Assembly (NCBI GenBank): GCA_050246755.1
Contig: JBFWVL010000007.1
Coordinates: forward strand, 39,155 to 103,154
From: Bacteriovoracia bacterium
Lineage (GTDB): Bacteria > Bdellovibrionota > UBA1018 > CAIPTA01
DNA: 64,000 bases
Direction: 5' to 3'
Positions 52,345-60,203 of the stretch are shown here, one piece after another (position 1 is the first letter of the stretch; each line of letters begins with the position of its first letter). The translations under genes and the position numbers were made by a program. The notes beneath the pieces are model-generated. The model did no database searches. It worked only from the letters and a program-made list of their open reading frames with translations, and was not told where the DNA came from.

Positions 52345-52360
52345 GGCAAGTTCGGGGCCA
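52345..52360 (-). promoter_or_regulatory. sigma54 (-24/-12) promoter candidate for the kaiC-kinase operon
   Basis: Minus strand TGGCCCCGAACTTGCC = GG-N10-GC. Confidence 0.6.
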
Positions 52361-52398
52361 AAGTGGATTGAAATGATAATAAACTAGGCCAGCTAGAT

Positions 52399-52797
52399 TT
52401 AAATGACGCTAGGTTTGAAGTCAATTTTGAGACGGCGGGAATAGCGAAAACTGGCGTGGCAATATAGCGCGCTTCCGTTTTGACTTTTTCGAAAGAGGAT
52501 CCATCTTAGATAAATGCAATCACCTATCTCGTTATGCTTTAAGCGCTGGGCTTTTTTGTAATACGGGAGTGCCTTATCGAACTCCTGCATCTTCGCGTAC
52601 GCGGTGGCAATAAAAAATGCCTGCGTTCCGTCGGTGTCCGCCGAGGTCATGGCTTCGGCTTCCGCTACCGCGCGTGCGTAGTCTCCTTTTTGAAACGCTT
52701 CAAACGCGCTGGCTGGCGGGGCATCGGATGCGCGTGCATTTCCGTGGAAAGCAAAACAAAGCGCGAGGCAGGCAAATTGTAGGATGGAATTTTTTAT
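52399..52797 (-). pseudogene. Truncated secreted TPR protein remnant
   Basis: The frame of ORF 52399..52650 extends upstream through a signal peptide (KNSILQFACLALCFAFHGNARA) to ATA 52797; about two TPR motifs, then unrelated-looking sequence. Confidence 0.6.
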
Positions 52798-54140
52798 AAG
52801 CCGTCCACCTTGATTTGAATGTTCACGGCCGAGGTATTGATATTGTCCAATACCTTATCCGGGCGGCACGTGATGCACGTGGGATCGTCCGTGGGCTCTT
52901 TGGGCGGGGGAGGAAGAGTATTGGGTGGCGGCATCGTACCGGGCAGGGGTGGCATCTGCATATTGGGCGGCGGCGCGAAGGTATTTCCGGAAGCCGAGGG
53001 TGTGAATAATTTTTCGAAGGAAGTTTGCTGGCCCGCGAGCTCGGGGCGCATGGCGAAGTTCAGGAGGTTCGTCATCGAATTTCCCGGCTGGGATCTCGCC
53101 TCCGGCACAAATCCCTTCACCGCGTCGAGCGCCACGCCTTTGGGCGGAACATACATTCCGGATTTTGCGTCGAACTGGCCCATCGCCCGGGGAGGCAGGT
53201 AAACTCCGGTATTAGGATCAAAACTCGATCCTGGCGGTGGTGGTACGTAGAGTCCCGTGGCGAGATCGATGAATCCGCCCGCTCGCGGGGCGTAGGCGCC
53301 GGTCTTAGCATCGAAGAATCCTTCGGGGGGAATATCGGAAGGCGCTGCATTTTCCATGGGCTTTCCCGCCGAGTCCGCCATGGCTTGCTCAGCTCCGGAG
53401 GAGAAGAGCCTGGGGTCCACGCCGGGCGGCATGGGAGAGGCGAGCGCATCCGCTTTTGCCGCCGCTTTATCCATGCCTTCGTAATTTTCGTTCCGGCGCA
53501 GTGTTTCGAGCTGGGCGGGAGAAATCTTCACCGGCACCGAGGCCTGAGCCTGGCCGGGATTGGTCCCTGAAAATTGACCGGGTCCCACCGACTGAACCTG
53601 GGAAGAATCCGCCAGCGCTTGGGCTGCCGATTCGTTGCCTTCGATTTTTGCCATGGCCACATTTCCTTCAAAGGTCACGAGGGCGGTGGAATTATTGGCC
53701 TGGTTAAAGCTCACGTTGAAGTCGGTGCCGCGGATCCCCATCGCTGCGGTTTTGGTCTTGATCTGGAGTTTGTCCGCGGAGGAGCCGCCTCCTTCCTGCA
53801 ATAGATCTTTCGTAACTTTGGCGCGGATCTGCCCGCCCACCAGATTTACCAGGCTGGGTTCTCCCGCCTGAGTGGTCTCCAGTTTCAGGGTTGTGTCGGG
53901 CCCCACGTTCACCTGTGACTTATCCTGGAAAAGCAGCTTCACGAAAGAGCGCGCGCTCGTTTTCACGGTGTTTCCGGGAGAAACCTCATCCTTTAGTTGA
54001 AGGGGTTTGCCGCCATTGAGCGAGGCGGTGCCGCGCAACAATATTACCGTGGCCGCGCCGCTATTGGCGCCCGCGCTGAGCGGCAAAGCCAGCAAACCGG
54101 CGGCGAGCAAACAAAAGACATTCATGATTTTCCCCTGCAA
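52794..54140 (-). CDS. Secreted FecR-domain protein with Pro/Gly-rich repeats
   Basis: Signal peptide, TKTAAMGIRGTDF FecR motif, D..TG.Y.PP repeats, C-terminal CITC. Confidence 0.82.
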   Translation of the reverse strand: MQGKIMNVFCLLAAGLLALPLSAGANSGAATVILLRGTASLNGGKPLQLKDEVSPGNTVKTSARSFVKLLFQDKSQVNVGPDTTLKLETTQAGEPSLVNLVGGQIRAKVTKDLLQEGGGSSADKLQIKTKTAAMGIRGTDFNVSFNQANNSTALVTFEGNVAMAKIEGNESAAQALADSSQVQSVGPGQFSGTNPGQAQASVPVKISPAQLETLRRNENYEGMDKAAAKADALASPMPPGVDPRLFSSGAEQAMADSAGKPMENAAPSDIPPEGFFDAKTGAYAPRAGGFIDLATGLYVPPPPGSSFDPNTGVYLPPRAMGQFDAKSGMYVPPKGVALDAVKGFVPEARSQPGNSMTNLLNFAMRPELAGQQTSFEKLFTPSASGNTFAPPPNMQMPPLPGTMPPPNTLPPPPKEPTDDPTCITCRPDKVLDNINTSAVNIQIKVDGL

Positions 54141-54295
54141 AAATTCTATGCAGTGGCGCGCCTCCCGGCAAGGAGAAAGCGGCGGATCGCGCTAAGCGTT
54201 AAAAGAATTGCAAGGGTTAAAAAGGTTGAGGCCCGATTTCCAGTGGGGGGGGAACTGGAGTCGGGCCTCGGGGGGCTTATGGGAGATGACAGTAA

Positions 54296-54466
54296 CTAGG
54301 GCGTAAGCGAAGGGATCATATAGCGGTTCGATAAATCTAAAAGGTAGATTGAAGGAGCGCTGAGGCCGAAGGCCAGCGACTCGGTTTCCACCGACGATAA
54401 TCCGAGGAGAATCGTGAGCGTGAGGGTGAGCGTCCAGCGAATTTTGCGTAGTTTCGTTTTGTTCAT
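54296..54466 (-). CDS. Unannotated 56-aa protein MNKTKLRKIRWTLTLTLTILLGLSSVETESLAFGLSAPSIYLLDLSNRYMIPSLTP
   Basis: Translated by hand; very strong RBS TAAGGAGGGTG and a sigma54 promoter upstream. Confidence 0.65.
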   Translation of the reverse strand: MNKTKLRKIRWTLTLTLTILLGLSSVETESLAFGLSAPSIYLLDLSNRYMIPSLTP

Positions 54467-54491
54467 CTCACCCTCCTTATACTCCTACTAT

Positions 54492-54507
54492 TGCGAGGAG
54501 GATGCCA
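54492..54507 (-). promoter_or_regulatory. sigma54 (-24/-12) promoter
   Basis: Minus strand TGGCATCCTCCTCGCA = GG-N10-GC. Confidence 0.65.
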
Positions 54508-54662
54508 AGGCCGGCTCTTTGTGAAATCAACGCCCTGGCCCGGTGTTTCCGCTGGGATACACGAGGCGGCCCTTCAACAGCCGTCCACCTCTTAGTCAGT
54601 GGGAATTGACAGGGGCTTCCTCCGGGCCTAGCGTAGATCCAGACCATCTTTTAGGAGATCTT

Positions 54663-54998
54663 ATGAAAATCAATTTTTCTCTACTCGTGCTATCAGCCCT
54701 CATTACCGCCCTTCCCGCGTTCGCGGAAAAAGAAGAGGCCGATCATCCCTGCGTGAAGGTAAAGGCCGCCTGCGAAGCCGCCGGCTTTAAAAAGGGCGCC
54801 CATAAAGAAGGCAAGGGCCTGATCAAGGATTGCATCAAGAAGGTGATGGACGGCGAGACCGTGGTGGGCGTGACCGTTCCGGCCGAAGAAGTGACCGCCT
54901 GCAAAGAGAAACGCGTGGAGCGCCAGCAAAAACGCGAAGTGAAGAGAATGGAAAATGCGGGAAAAGCAGGCCCTGGAAAAATGCATCCTACCAAGTAG
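54663..54998 (+). CDS. Small secreted 4-Cys helical protein
   Basis: RBS AGGAG, signal peptide, HPC...AAC..AGF..G...GKGL..DC...AC pattern. Confidence 0.8.
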   Translation: MKINFSLLVLSALITALPAFAEKEEADHPCVKVKAACEAAGFKKGAHKEGKGLIKDCIKKVMDGETVVGVTVPAEEVTACKEKRVERQQKREVKRMENAGKAGPGKMHPTK

Positions 54999-55001
54999 AA
55001 T

Positions 55002-56297
55002 TTATTTTCGGCGCAGCTTCCGCACTACGTCTCCGCGCTCGAGGCTGCGCTTATGCGCTGAATGCACCCGCACGAAGAGGCCTTCACCGGCCGGCGCTTC
55101 ACTCACGGCGCTCTCTCCGCCCATGCTCGCCAGCAAGCGCCCAACCGCCATTTGATTCTCTTCGTCGTTCAGATTAAGCGAGCCGTCTTTTTCGCGCGTC
55201 TTGGGTGCGGCCACCACCGTCTCCACCGGTTTTTTGTCCAAGGTGGTGGCAACGGGGCTCGCGGACACATCAGAGTCGGCAGCGGCTAAAGCGGCCGCGA
55301 GCGCAAGGATCTCGGGATCCTGGCTGCCTTCATTTTCCGCGAGGAAATTTTCCAGTTTTTCGCGTAGGCTCGCGTCTTTCACCAGCTGCGCGATTTTTTC
55401 ATTGCCCGACGCCTTCAGCAGGGCCTTGATATCCGTATCTGCTACCGCACCTATTTTTTCATTGCCGGATTTTCCCGCGCGGTCGATGGCCTTATCCTTA
55501 TCGCCGGCGAGCAAGTTTTTATTTTTGCTCACGTCCGACGCATCGCCGTTTCTGGTGGAGGATGTATCCCATTTTTCCTTCAGTCCGTACTCGGGAGAAT
55601 CAGCGTAGGAGAAAAACTTTGCGGCCATCAGCGGATCTTTTTTTCCGGGAGCCTTATAATATTCCACGGCTTCCGCGTGGCGCTGCTGCCGCTCCGCCAT
55701 CATGGTCTGCAGCTTCACCGCCTCGGCAAAGGCCACCTGATTTTCGGCGGCGGCTTTGGCTTGCAGCGAATCTAACGAGGCGGAACGTATCGGCTCTACC
55801 GGTGCGGGCGCTTCTTCCTGGGCGGCTATTTCTGGCTCCGTTTCGGTGGCGGTAGACGTAGCGGTCTGAGTGGAAGTAAGGACGGGCGTCGTGGAAGAGC
55901 TGGTTTGCGTAGTGGTGCTTGTCGGCGTAAAGCTGCTGGTATAAGTGGAAGTACTGGGGTGAGTAGGGCTGCTCGTGTGAGTACTAGAAGAAGTACTGCC
56001 ATGCGAGCTGGTACTCGTATGGGGACTGCTACTGGTCTGAGTGCTCGTCGCGTTACTGCTGCTTGAGGACGATACGAGCTGGAAATTAGGCGAAATGCAA
56101 TAACTTGGTTCGTCGCCGGTGCTCATGCATTTCGGGTAGTACTGCTGGCAGGCGGACGAGCTCGAAGATGAATACGTCTTGCCCGTAAGGTCGGTACAGG
56201 TCCACGCCGAGAAAGCCGTGAGCGGAAACAGCGCGTTCGCCGCGGCCGCTACCAGCACGATTCTTCGGCGCAGGATATTTGGCAGTTCGTGCATCAT
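55002..56297 (-). CDS. Secreted protein with a small 4-Cys head, a Ser/Thr/His-rich stalk and a helical C-terminus
   Basis: Signal peptide (Arg-rich n-region), low-complexity S/T tract of about 80 aa. Confidence 0.75.
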   Translation of the reverse strand: MMHELPNILRRRIVLVAAAANALFPLTAFSAWTCTDLTGKTYSSSSSSACQQYYPKCMSTGDEPSYCISPNFQLVSSSSSSNATSTQTSSSPHTSTSSHGSTSSSTHTSSPTHPSTSTYTSSFTPTSTTTQTSSSTTPVLTSTQTATSTATETEPEIAAQEEAPAPVEPIRSASLDSLQAKAAAENQVAFAEAVKLQTMMAERQQRHAEAVEYYKAPGKKDPLMAAKFFSYADSPEYGLKEKWDTSSTRNGDASDVSKNKNLLAGDKDKAIDRAGKSGNEKIGAVADTDIKALLKASGNEKIAQLVKDASLREKLENFLAENEGSQDPEILALAAALAAADSDVSASPVATTLDKKPVETVVAAPKTREKDGSLNLNDEENQMAVGRLLASMGGESAVSEAPAGEGLFVRVHSAHKRSLERGDVVRKLRRK

Positions 56298-56302
56298 TTG
56301 AA

Positions 56303-57046
56303 TTATTGTCCCACCGCTTTAGCCATATCGTCCCTGGAAGGAATACTGCCTTGAGAAGGAGCATATACCTTGCAGCCAATCGCATTAGCTGCGCATGCGA
56401 CGGGTGAAATAGTCGGGTCGTCGGATCCGATTTGGTTACCTGAGGCGGGAGCTCTTCCGTTCATGGTGCTATCTGAATGATTGCTTTCTCCTTGGTTCGC
56501 GGCAAACGCGGCGGGAGGAGGCGCTATGGTCTGATCACCGGTTCTCGGCGACGCTATCGTTTCTTCGTCATTGCCGAGCAGCACCTTATTGCCCGTAATA
56601 GAGCTGAGCGCCACTTGGCCTTCGCCGGCCGCATTCATCATGCTTTCGTGGGCACTGAGCGCCTTTTGGTCGATCGTATTTCCCGCGCCCACGCAATTCG
56701 CCTGGGTCGTGCAATCGATCTGGCTTACGCTCATGATCTCGTTGCGGGCCGTTTGCTCGGCCGCATCGTAACTCTGCGCAACCGCGCGCATGTTTTCGTA
56801 AGTGGTCACGCAACGGGGGGCCTTGCCAGGTAAACCGTTTTCATTTGGCCGATCCACCATGTCGATTTTGCCGGCGATCGAAGCCGCGCAGCGCTGGCTG
56901 ATCTCTTCGTCCGTAAGAGCGTAGGCTCCCACCACCGCATCACCCTCCGCTCCGTGCGCGGGCTGAGCCGTGCCGGCGTAAACGCAGATGGTAGCGATTA
57001 AAATACGTTGAAACGCAGAAGCTGGCTGTGAGCGTACGTACCGCAT
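56303..57046 (-). CDS. Secreted hypothetical protein with paired cysteines
   Basis: Signal peptide (..PAHG), three Cys pairs; 5 bp from the downstream gene. Confidence 0.7.
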   Translation of the reverse strand: MRYVRSQPASAFQRILIATICVYAGTAQPAHGAEGDAVVGAYALTDEEISQRCAASIAGKIDMVDRPNENGLPGKAPRCVTTYENMRAVAQSYDAAEQTARNEIMSVSQIDCTTQANCVGAGNTIDQKALSAHESMMNAAGEGQVALSSITGNKVLLGNDEETIASPRTGDQTIAPPPAAFAANQGESNHSDSTMNGRAPASGNQIGSDDPTISPVACAANAIGCKVYAPSQGSIPSRDDMAKAVGQ

Positions 57047-57069
57047 AGAACCCCCTAGTCCCAGAGGCT

Positions 57070-57097
57070 ATATCGGATATCTTGAGTAAAATATTCA
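57070..57097 (-). promoter_or_regulatory. sigma28 (FliA)-like promoter candidate
   Basis: Minus strand TGAA-N16-TCCGATAT, same spacing as the two che promoters. Confidence 0.5.
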
Positions 57098-57197
57098 GGA
57101 TTTAGAAAATAAGGGTTATGTTTCGGGGGGTTACGGGGAAAATACCTTTGCCCCACAGGCCAGCCAAAGGGTCCAATTTCATGTATAGTAAAGCCTC

Positions 57198-57550
57198 GGG
57201 GGTGACCTGGTTTCGACAGGGTCAAGAAGCCCGTTCGTGCACGTCGTGGTGCCATCAGGCCACGTTAAACCGGTGGCATTTGTTATTCGGCAACGAATAC
57301 GCACTTGCAGCTTAATTAGTTAAGCAGCACGAGTACCCTGGGTTTGCCCATGCATCCGGGAGTGCTCGTTATGTTCATGGGATAGGGTAGTGTTGCTGGC
57401 ATGCCGGCATTACTCGAAACTTTAGTAGGCTTCGCTCGGGAGTAATTTGTGCGTAGATGCCTCCCGAGTAAGAAAAAATACGTACTAAACGTGTAGTTCG
57501 GCGGCGTAGACAGACTTTGGACGTGGGTTCGATTCCCACCACCTCCACCA
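57198..57550 (+). ncRNA. ssrA: tmRNA (SsrA), tag peptide (A)GNEYALAA
   Basis: 5' GGGGGTGACCTGGTTTCGAC, tag ORF GGCAACGAATACGCACTTGCAGCTTAA, 3' GTGGGTTCGATTCCCACCACCTCCACCA. Confidence 0.97.
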
Positions 57551-59378
57551 ACTTAAGACTTGGAAGAACCCCCGTCCGGGGCTCTTCCAGGTTGATTTCC
57601 CCTTTTTTCCCGCCTTTAGATTCTGAGCCCTTTCGGTCAAAAAGATCGGCGTCGGCCTGCCCATAATATTGGGCATGTATCTTATTCTTGCCGACGGTTA
57701 TGCGGTGAACGAAGCCGTCGATTAGTTCCCTTTGCTCAAGCGGGGTTAGCCTATCGAATTCGTTCCGGTTGAAGATTTGGAGATATTTAAACACGAATTG
57801 CATATCTACCAATTGGTTCGCGCTCTGAGCTTCGGCTTCAAGGGCTTTGAGTCCAGCGATAGCAGCCTCTTTTTTTGATTCAAGCTTTTGCAAGCTTTCA
57901 AGAAGGCCGTCTGTGGGGAAATCTTTAGGTAGGCTTGCGATCCGTTCTGCTAAATTACTGATCTTCGACTTGGTGTCCGAGATCTCCGCCTTTTTAAGCT
58001 CTATGAGCCTTTCGTTGTTTTGTGTGCCATGGCCCATTGTCCGTTGGCTATCCTTGGCAATTTGAGCCGCGAGCTTCGGATCTTTGGCAAGAAGGCGTAT
58101 CCTCGCAAGCATGGTTGATTCCAGCTCTAAGGCAGGGATGCGCTCAAGAGGGCAGCGCTTGGTGTGGGCGTCGTTCTTGTTGGTGAATTTTCGATTGTGC
58201 CCGTAGTAGTAATGTACTTTGTTGCGGCCAGTAGCAGACTTTCCAACTAGGCTTTCTCCGCACAGCTCGCAAAATGCTTTCGTAGAGTAGGCATAAACGT
58301 GCCGGTATTTGCGGAGAGTTTTCGCATTTTTCTCTAAGCGCTCCTGGACGGTACGGAAAACTTCGGATTGTACTAAGGCAGGCCAAACGGCTTTGGCAAC
58401 CCGATATCGTTCATGGGGCTCAAGATCCTCCTGATGAGCTGAGCGTTTGGCTTTATTGAATTCGCGGAGGCCCAGGTATGTCTTATTGGTAAGTAAAGAC
58501 AGTAGCGACGAATGAGTAAACTCTTTACCTCCATGATGTTCACCTTTCTTAGAAACATATGCTTTGGTGCGATAGCCTTTGTTATTTAGCCATGTCCTCG
58601 TTTTTTCCACGGTCCCAAGTTCAAGGAACTTTTCGAAAATCAGTTTAACCACAGGGCGCTCGGCGTCGTTCACCACAAGATAGTTTTTGCGATGAGGGTC
58701 AATATCGTATCCTAGGCAGCGCTGGCTTCCCTGAGAAAGCCCACGCTCAGCCCGGGCGCGCGCTCCGTAACGAATCCGCTCAACGATGGAATTTCTCTCA
58801 AATTGCGCGAAGCTCACGCTTTGAATGACCATCATTTCACCGATGGCAGTAGACGTATCAAAGTTCTCTTTAAGGGAGAAAAATTTTCCATTGTAGCGCT
58901 TAAGGAATTCCCAAAACTGCAAAAAGTCCTTCACGTTACGATTTAGCCGGGAAAGTTCCGTGACGATCACGCCATTGATGTGGCCTGATTTTATGTCGGC
59001 GAGCATACTTAAATATGCGGGGCGGTTCATGTTCTTTCCTGACATGTCTTTGTCTTCGTACTTTTCTACAATCGTTCCCCAGTCGGGCGTCTGGAGATTT
59101 TTGTGTTTAACGTACTCCTGAATGCGCTGGGGATGGGAAATCAAAGAACCCTCATCGCGGACTTCGTCGCTTGGCGAGAGACGAATGTACATACCGAGGC
59201 GGTACTGAAACTTATTTTCTGAGGCGCTTTTCAAGGTCTTCCGAGATTTCTTCGAAGATCGCCCCGCTTTCATCCACTCCTCGATTTGAAATGTCTTTTC
59301 CATCTGGTCGGCCTCGTCTTGAGGTGAGATCGCGGTAGATCCTGATGATGCTTTCCGAGAGTTTTTGGATTCGTTCAT
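57375..59378 (-). CDS. Large serine recombinase (integrase); the C-terminus is read antisense through the 3' half of tmRNA
   Basis: YIRLS catalytic motif, SGKNMNRP, ELSRLNRN, AQFERNSIVER, recombinase domain, CELCG zinc ribbon, coiled coil; the start may be the downstream MEKTF. Confidence 0.93.
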   Translation of the reverse strand: MNESKNSRKASSGSTAISPQDEADQMEKTFQIEEWMKAGRSSKKSRKTLKSASENKFQYRLGMYIRLSPSDEVRDEGSLISHPQRIQEYVKHKNLQTPDWGTIVEKYEDKDMSGKNMNRPAYLSMLADIKSGHINGVIVTELSRLNRNVKDFLQFWEFLKRYNGKFFSLKENFDTSTAIGEMMVIQSVSFAQFERNSIVERIRYGARARAERGLSQGSQRCLGYDIDPHRKNYLVVNDAERPVVKLIFEKFLELGTVEKTRTWLNNKGYRTKAYVSKKGEHHGGKEFTHSSLLSLLTNKTYLGLREFNKAKRSAHQEDLEPHERYRVAKAVWPALVQSEVFRTVQERLEKNAKTLRKYRHVYAYSTKAFCELCGESLVGKSATGRNKVHYYYGHNRKFTNKNDAHTKRCPLERIPALELESTMLARIRLLAKDPKLAAQIAKDSQRTMGHGTQNNERLIELKKAEISDTKSKISNLAERIASLPKDFPTDGLLESLQKLESKKEAAIAGLKALEAEAQSANQLVDMQFVFKYLQIFNRNEFDRLTPLEQRELIDGFVHRITVGKNKIHAQYYGQADADLFDRKGSESKGGKKGEINLEEPRTGVLPSLKLVEVVGIEPTSKVCLRRRTTRLVRIFSYSGGIYAQITPERSLLKFRVMPACQQHYPIP
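57561..57589 (+). terminator. Hairpin just 3' of tmRNA, inside the integrase coding region
   Basis: TGGAAGA-A-CCCC / GGGG-C-TCTTCCA followed by a pyrimidine-rich tract. Confidence 0.55.
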
Positions 59379-59472
59379 TATTTTCTTCCTCAGTTAGAAC
59401 AAATAGGGATTCTTCTAATTCGATAGACCGGCACTTTTCTGCATGGGTTCGCAATCGTCGGATTGCACCCAT
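59212..59472 (-). CDS. Small helical protein overlapping the integrase 5' end
   Basis: GGAGG RBS immediately before the ATG; protein-like charged helical sequence. Confidence 0.5.
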   Translation of the reverse strand: MGAIRRLRTHAEKCRSIELEESLFVLTEEENNERIQKLSESIIRIYRDLTSRRGRPDGKDISNRGVDESGAIFEEISEDLEKRLRK

Positions 59473-59498
59473 TTTGCCTCCACGTATCTAGGGCGTTT

Positions 59499-59726
59499 TC
59501 ATTTCCTGGCTCCGTAGGCTTGCAGCTTGGCTAAAAATTTCTTTGCATCTCTTTCGGGCAAGCTGTTCAGAAATAAAACTAATCGGCGAATTGTCTCGGA
59601 AGGCATCCTAGCTCCAGCCTCCCACCTATACACCGTTAGTCTCCCTTGAACACCGAGCGCCTTCGCTAAGTCTTCTTGGCTTAGGCCGAGTCTTTCTCGT
59701 AGTCGTAAAAATGCCTTTTCGCTCAT
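59499..59726 (-). CDS. XRE-family helix-turn-helix protein
   Basis: LRERLGLSQEDLAKALGV...TVYRWEAG.RMP. Confidence 0.9.
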   Translation of the reverse strand: MSEKAFLRLRERLGLSQEDLAKALGVQGRLTVYRWEAGARMPSETIRRLVLFLNSLPERDAKKFLAKLQAYGARK

Positions 59727-59816
59727 CCCTTATGTATTCCATTGGACTACTTTAGGCTGCAAGAGAAATCGCTGAAAACAGTGCTGGGTGTTTGAGCGCA
59801 GCACCGCACATGTCCG

Positions 59817-60158
59817 CTACTCCTTGTCTTTGGTGCGCAAGACCGGCCCCGAAGGGGCCGACCGCTGCCGCTGTAGAACGGGGGTAAGAAGGTCTTGGAC
59901 GATCAGGGGCGCGTTGGTTTTCTTCGCTTCCTTGAGCTGCCTAACCACTGACTCTAGGTGGGCGATCTCGTCAAAGTGGTCCCCCCGGATTTTTTCGATT
60001 TGCTTGGGGGTCATGGACACGCAAGAGTTTATGAGCAGCCAAGAGGCGATCTGCCCTTTAGTGATTCGGCCCGGAATTCCATCGTTCACCTTTCTATACA
60101 GGCTATCCACGGATTGGTCAGCGGCGAGGGTTATAGCGATTTTCGGAAGTTGCTCCAT
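59817..60158 (-). CDS. Hypothetical protein (possible DNA-binding protein of the element)
   Basis: RBS AAGGA, 113-aa ORF co-oriented with the XRE and integrase genes. Confidence 0.6.
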   Translation of the reverse strand: MEQLPKIAITLAADQSVDSLYRKVNDGIPGRITKGQIASWLLINSCVSMTPKQIEKIRGDHFDEIAHLESVVRQLKEAKKTNAPLIVQDLLTPVLQRQRSAPSGPVLRTKDKE

Positions 60159-60177
60159 ATGTTTCCTTTTAAAATGA

Positions 60178-60197
60178 GGGGCGGCGCAAGCCGCCCC
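60178..60197 (-). terminator. GC-rich hairpin after the P-type ATPase gene
   Basis: GGGGCGGC-GCAA-GCCGCCCC. Confidence 0.65.
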
Positions 60198-60203
60198 GAA
60201 GGG

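Noticed and set aside
55860-56080. DNA tandem repeat array
   Set aside because: It is the coding sequence of a Ser/Thr-rich tract with varied codons, not a nucleotide-level array
57118-57315. 65-aa ORF ending GNEYALAA
   Set aside because: It is the tmRNA tag frame extended upstream by chance
57500-57550. Stand-alone tRNA gene
   Set aside because: The T-arm and CCA belong to the tRNA-like domain of tmRNA
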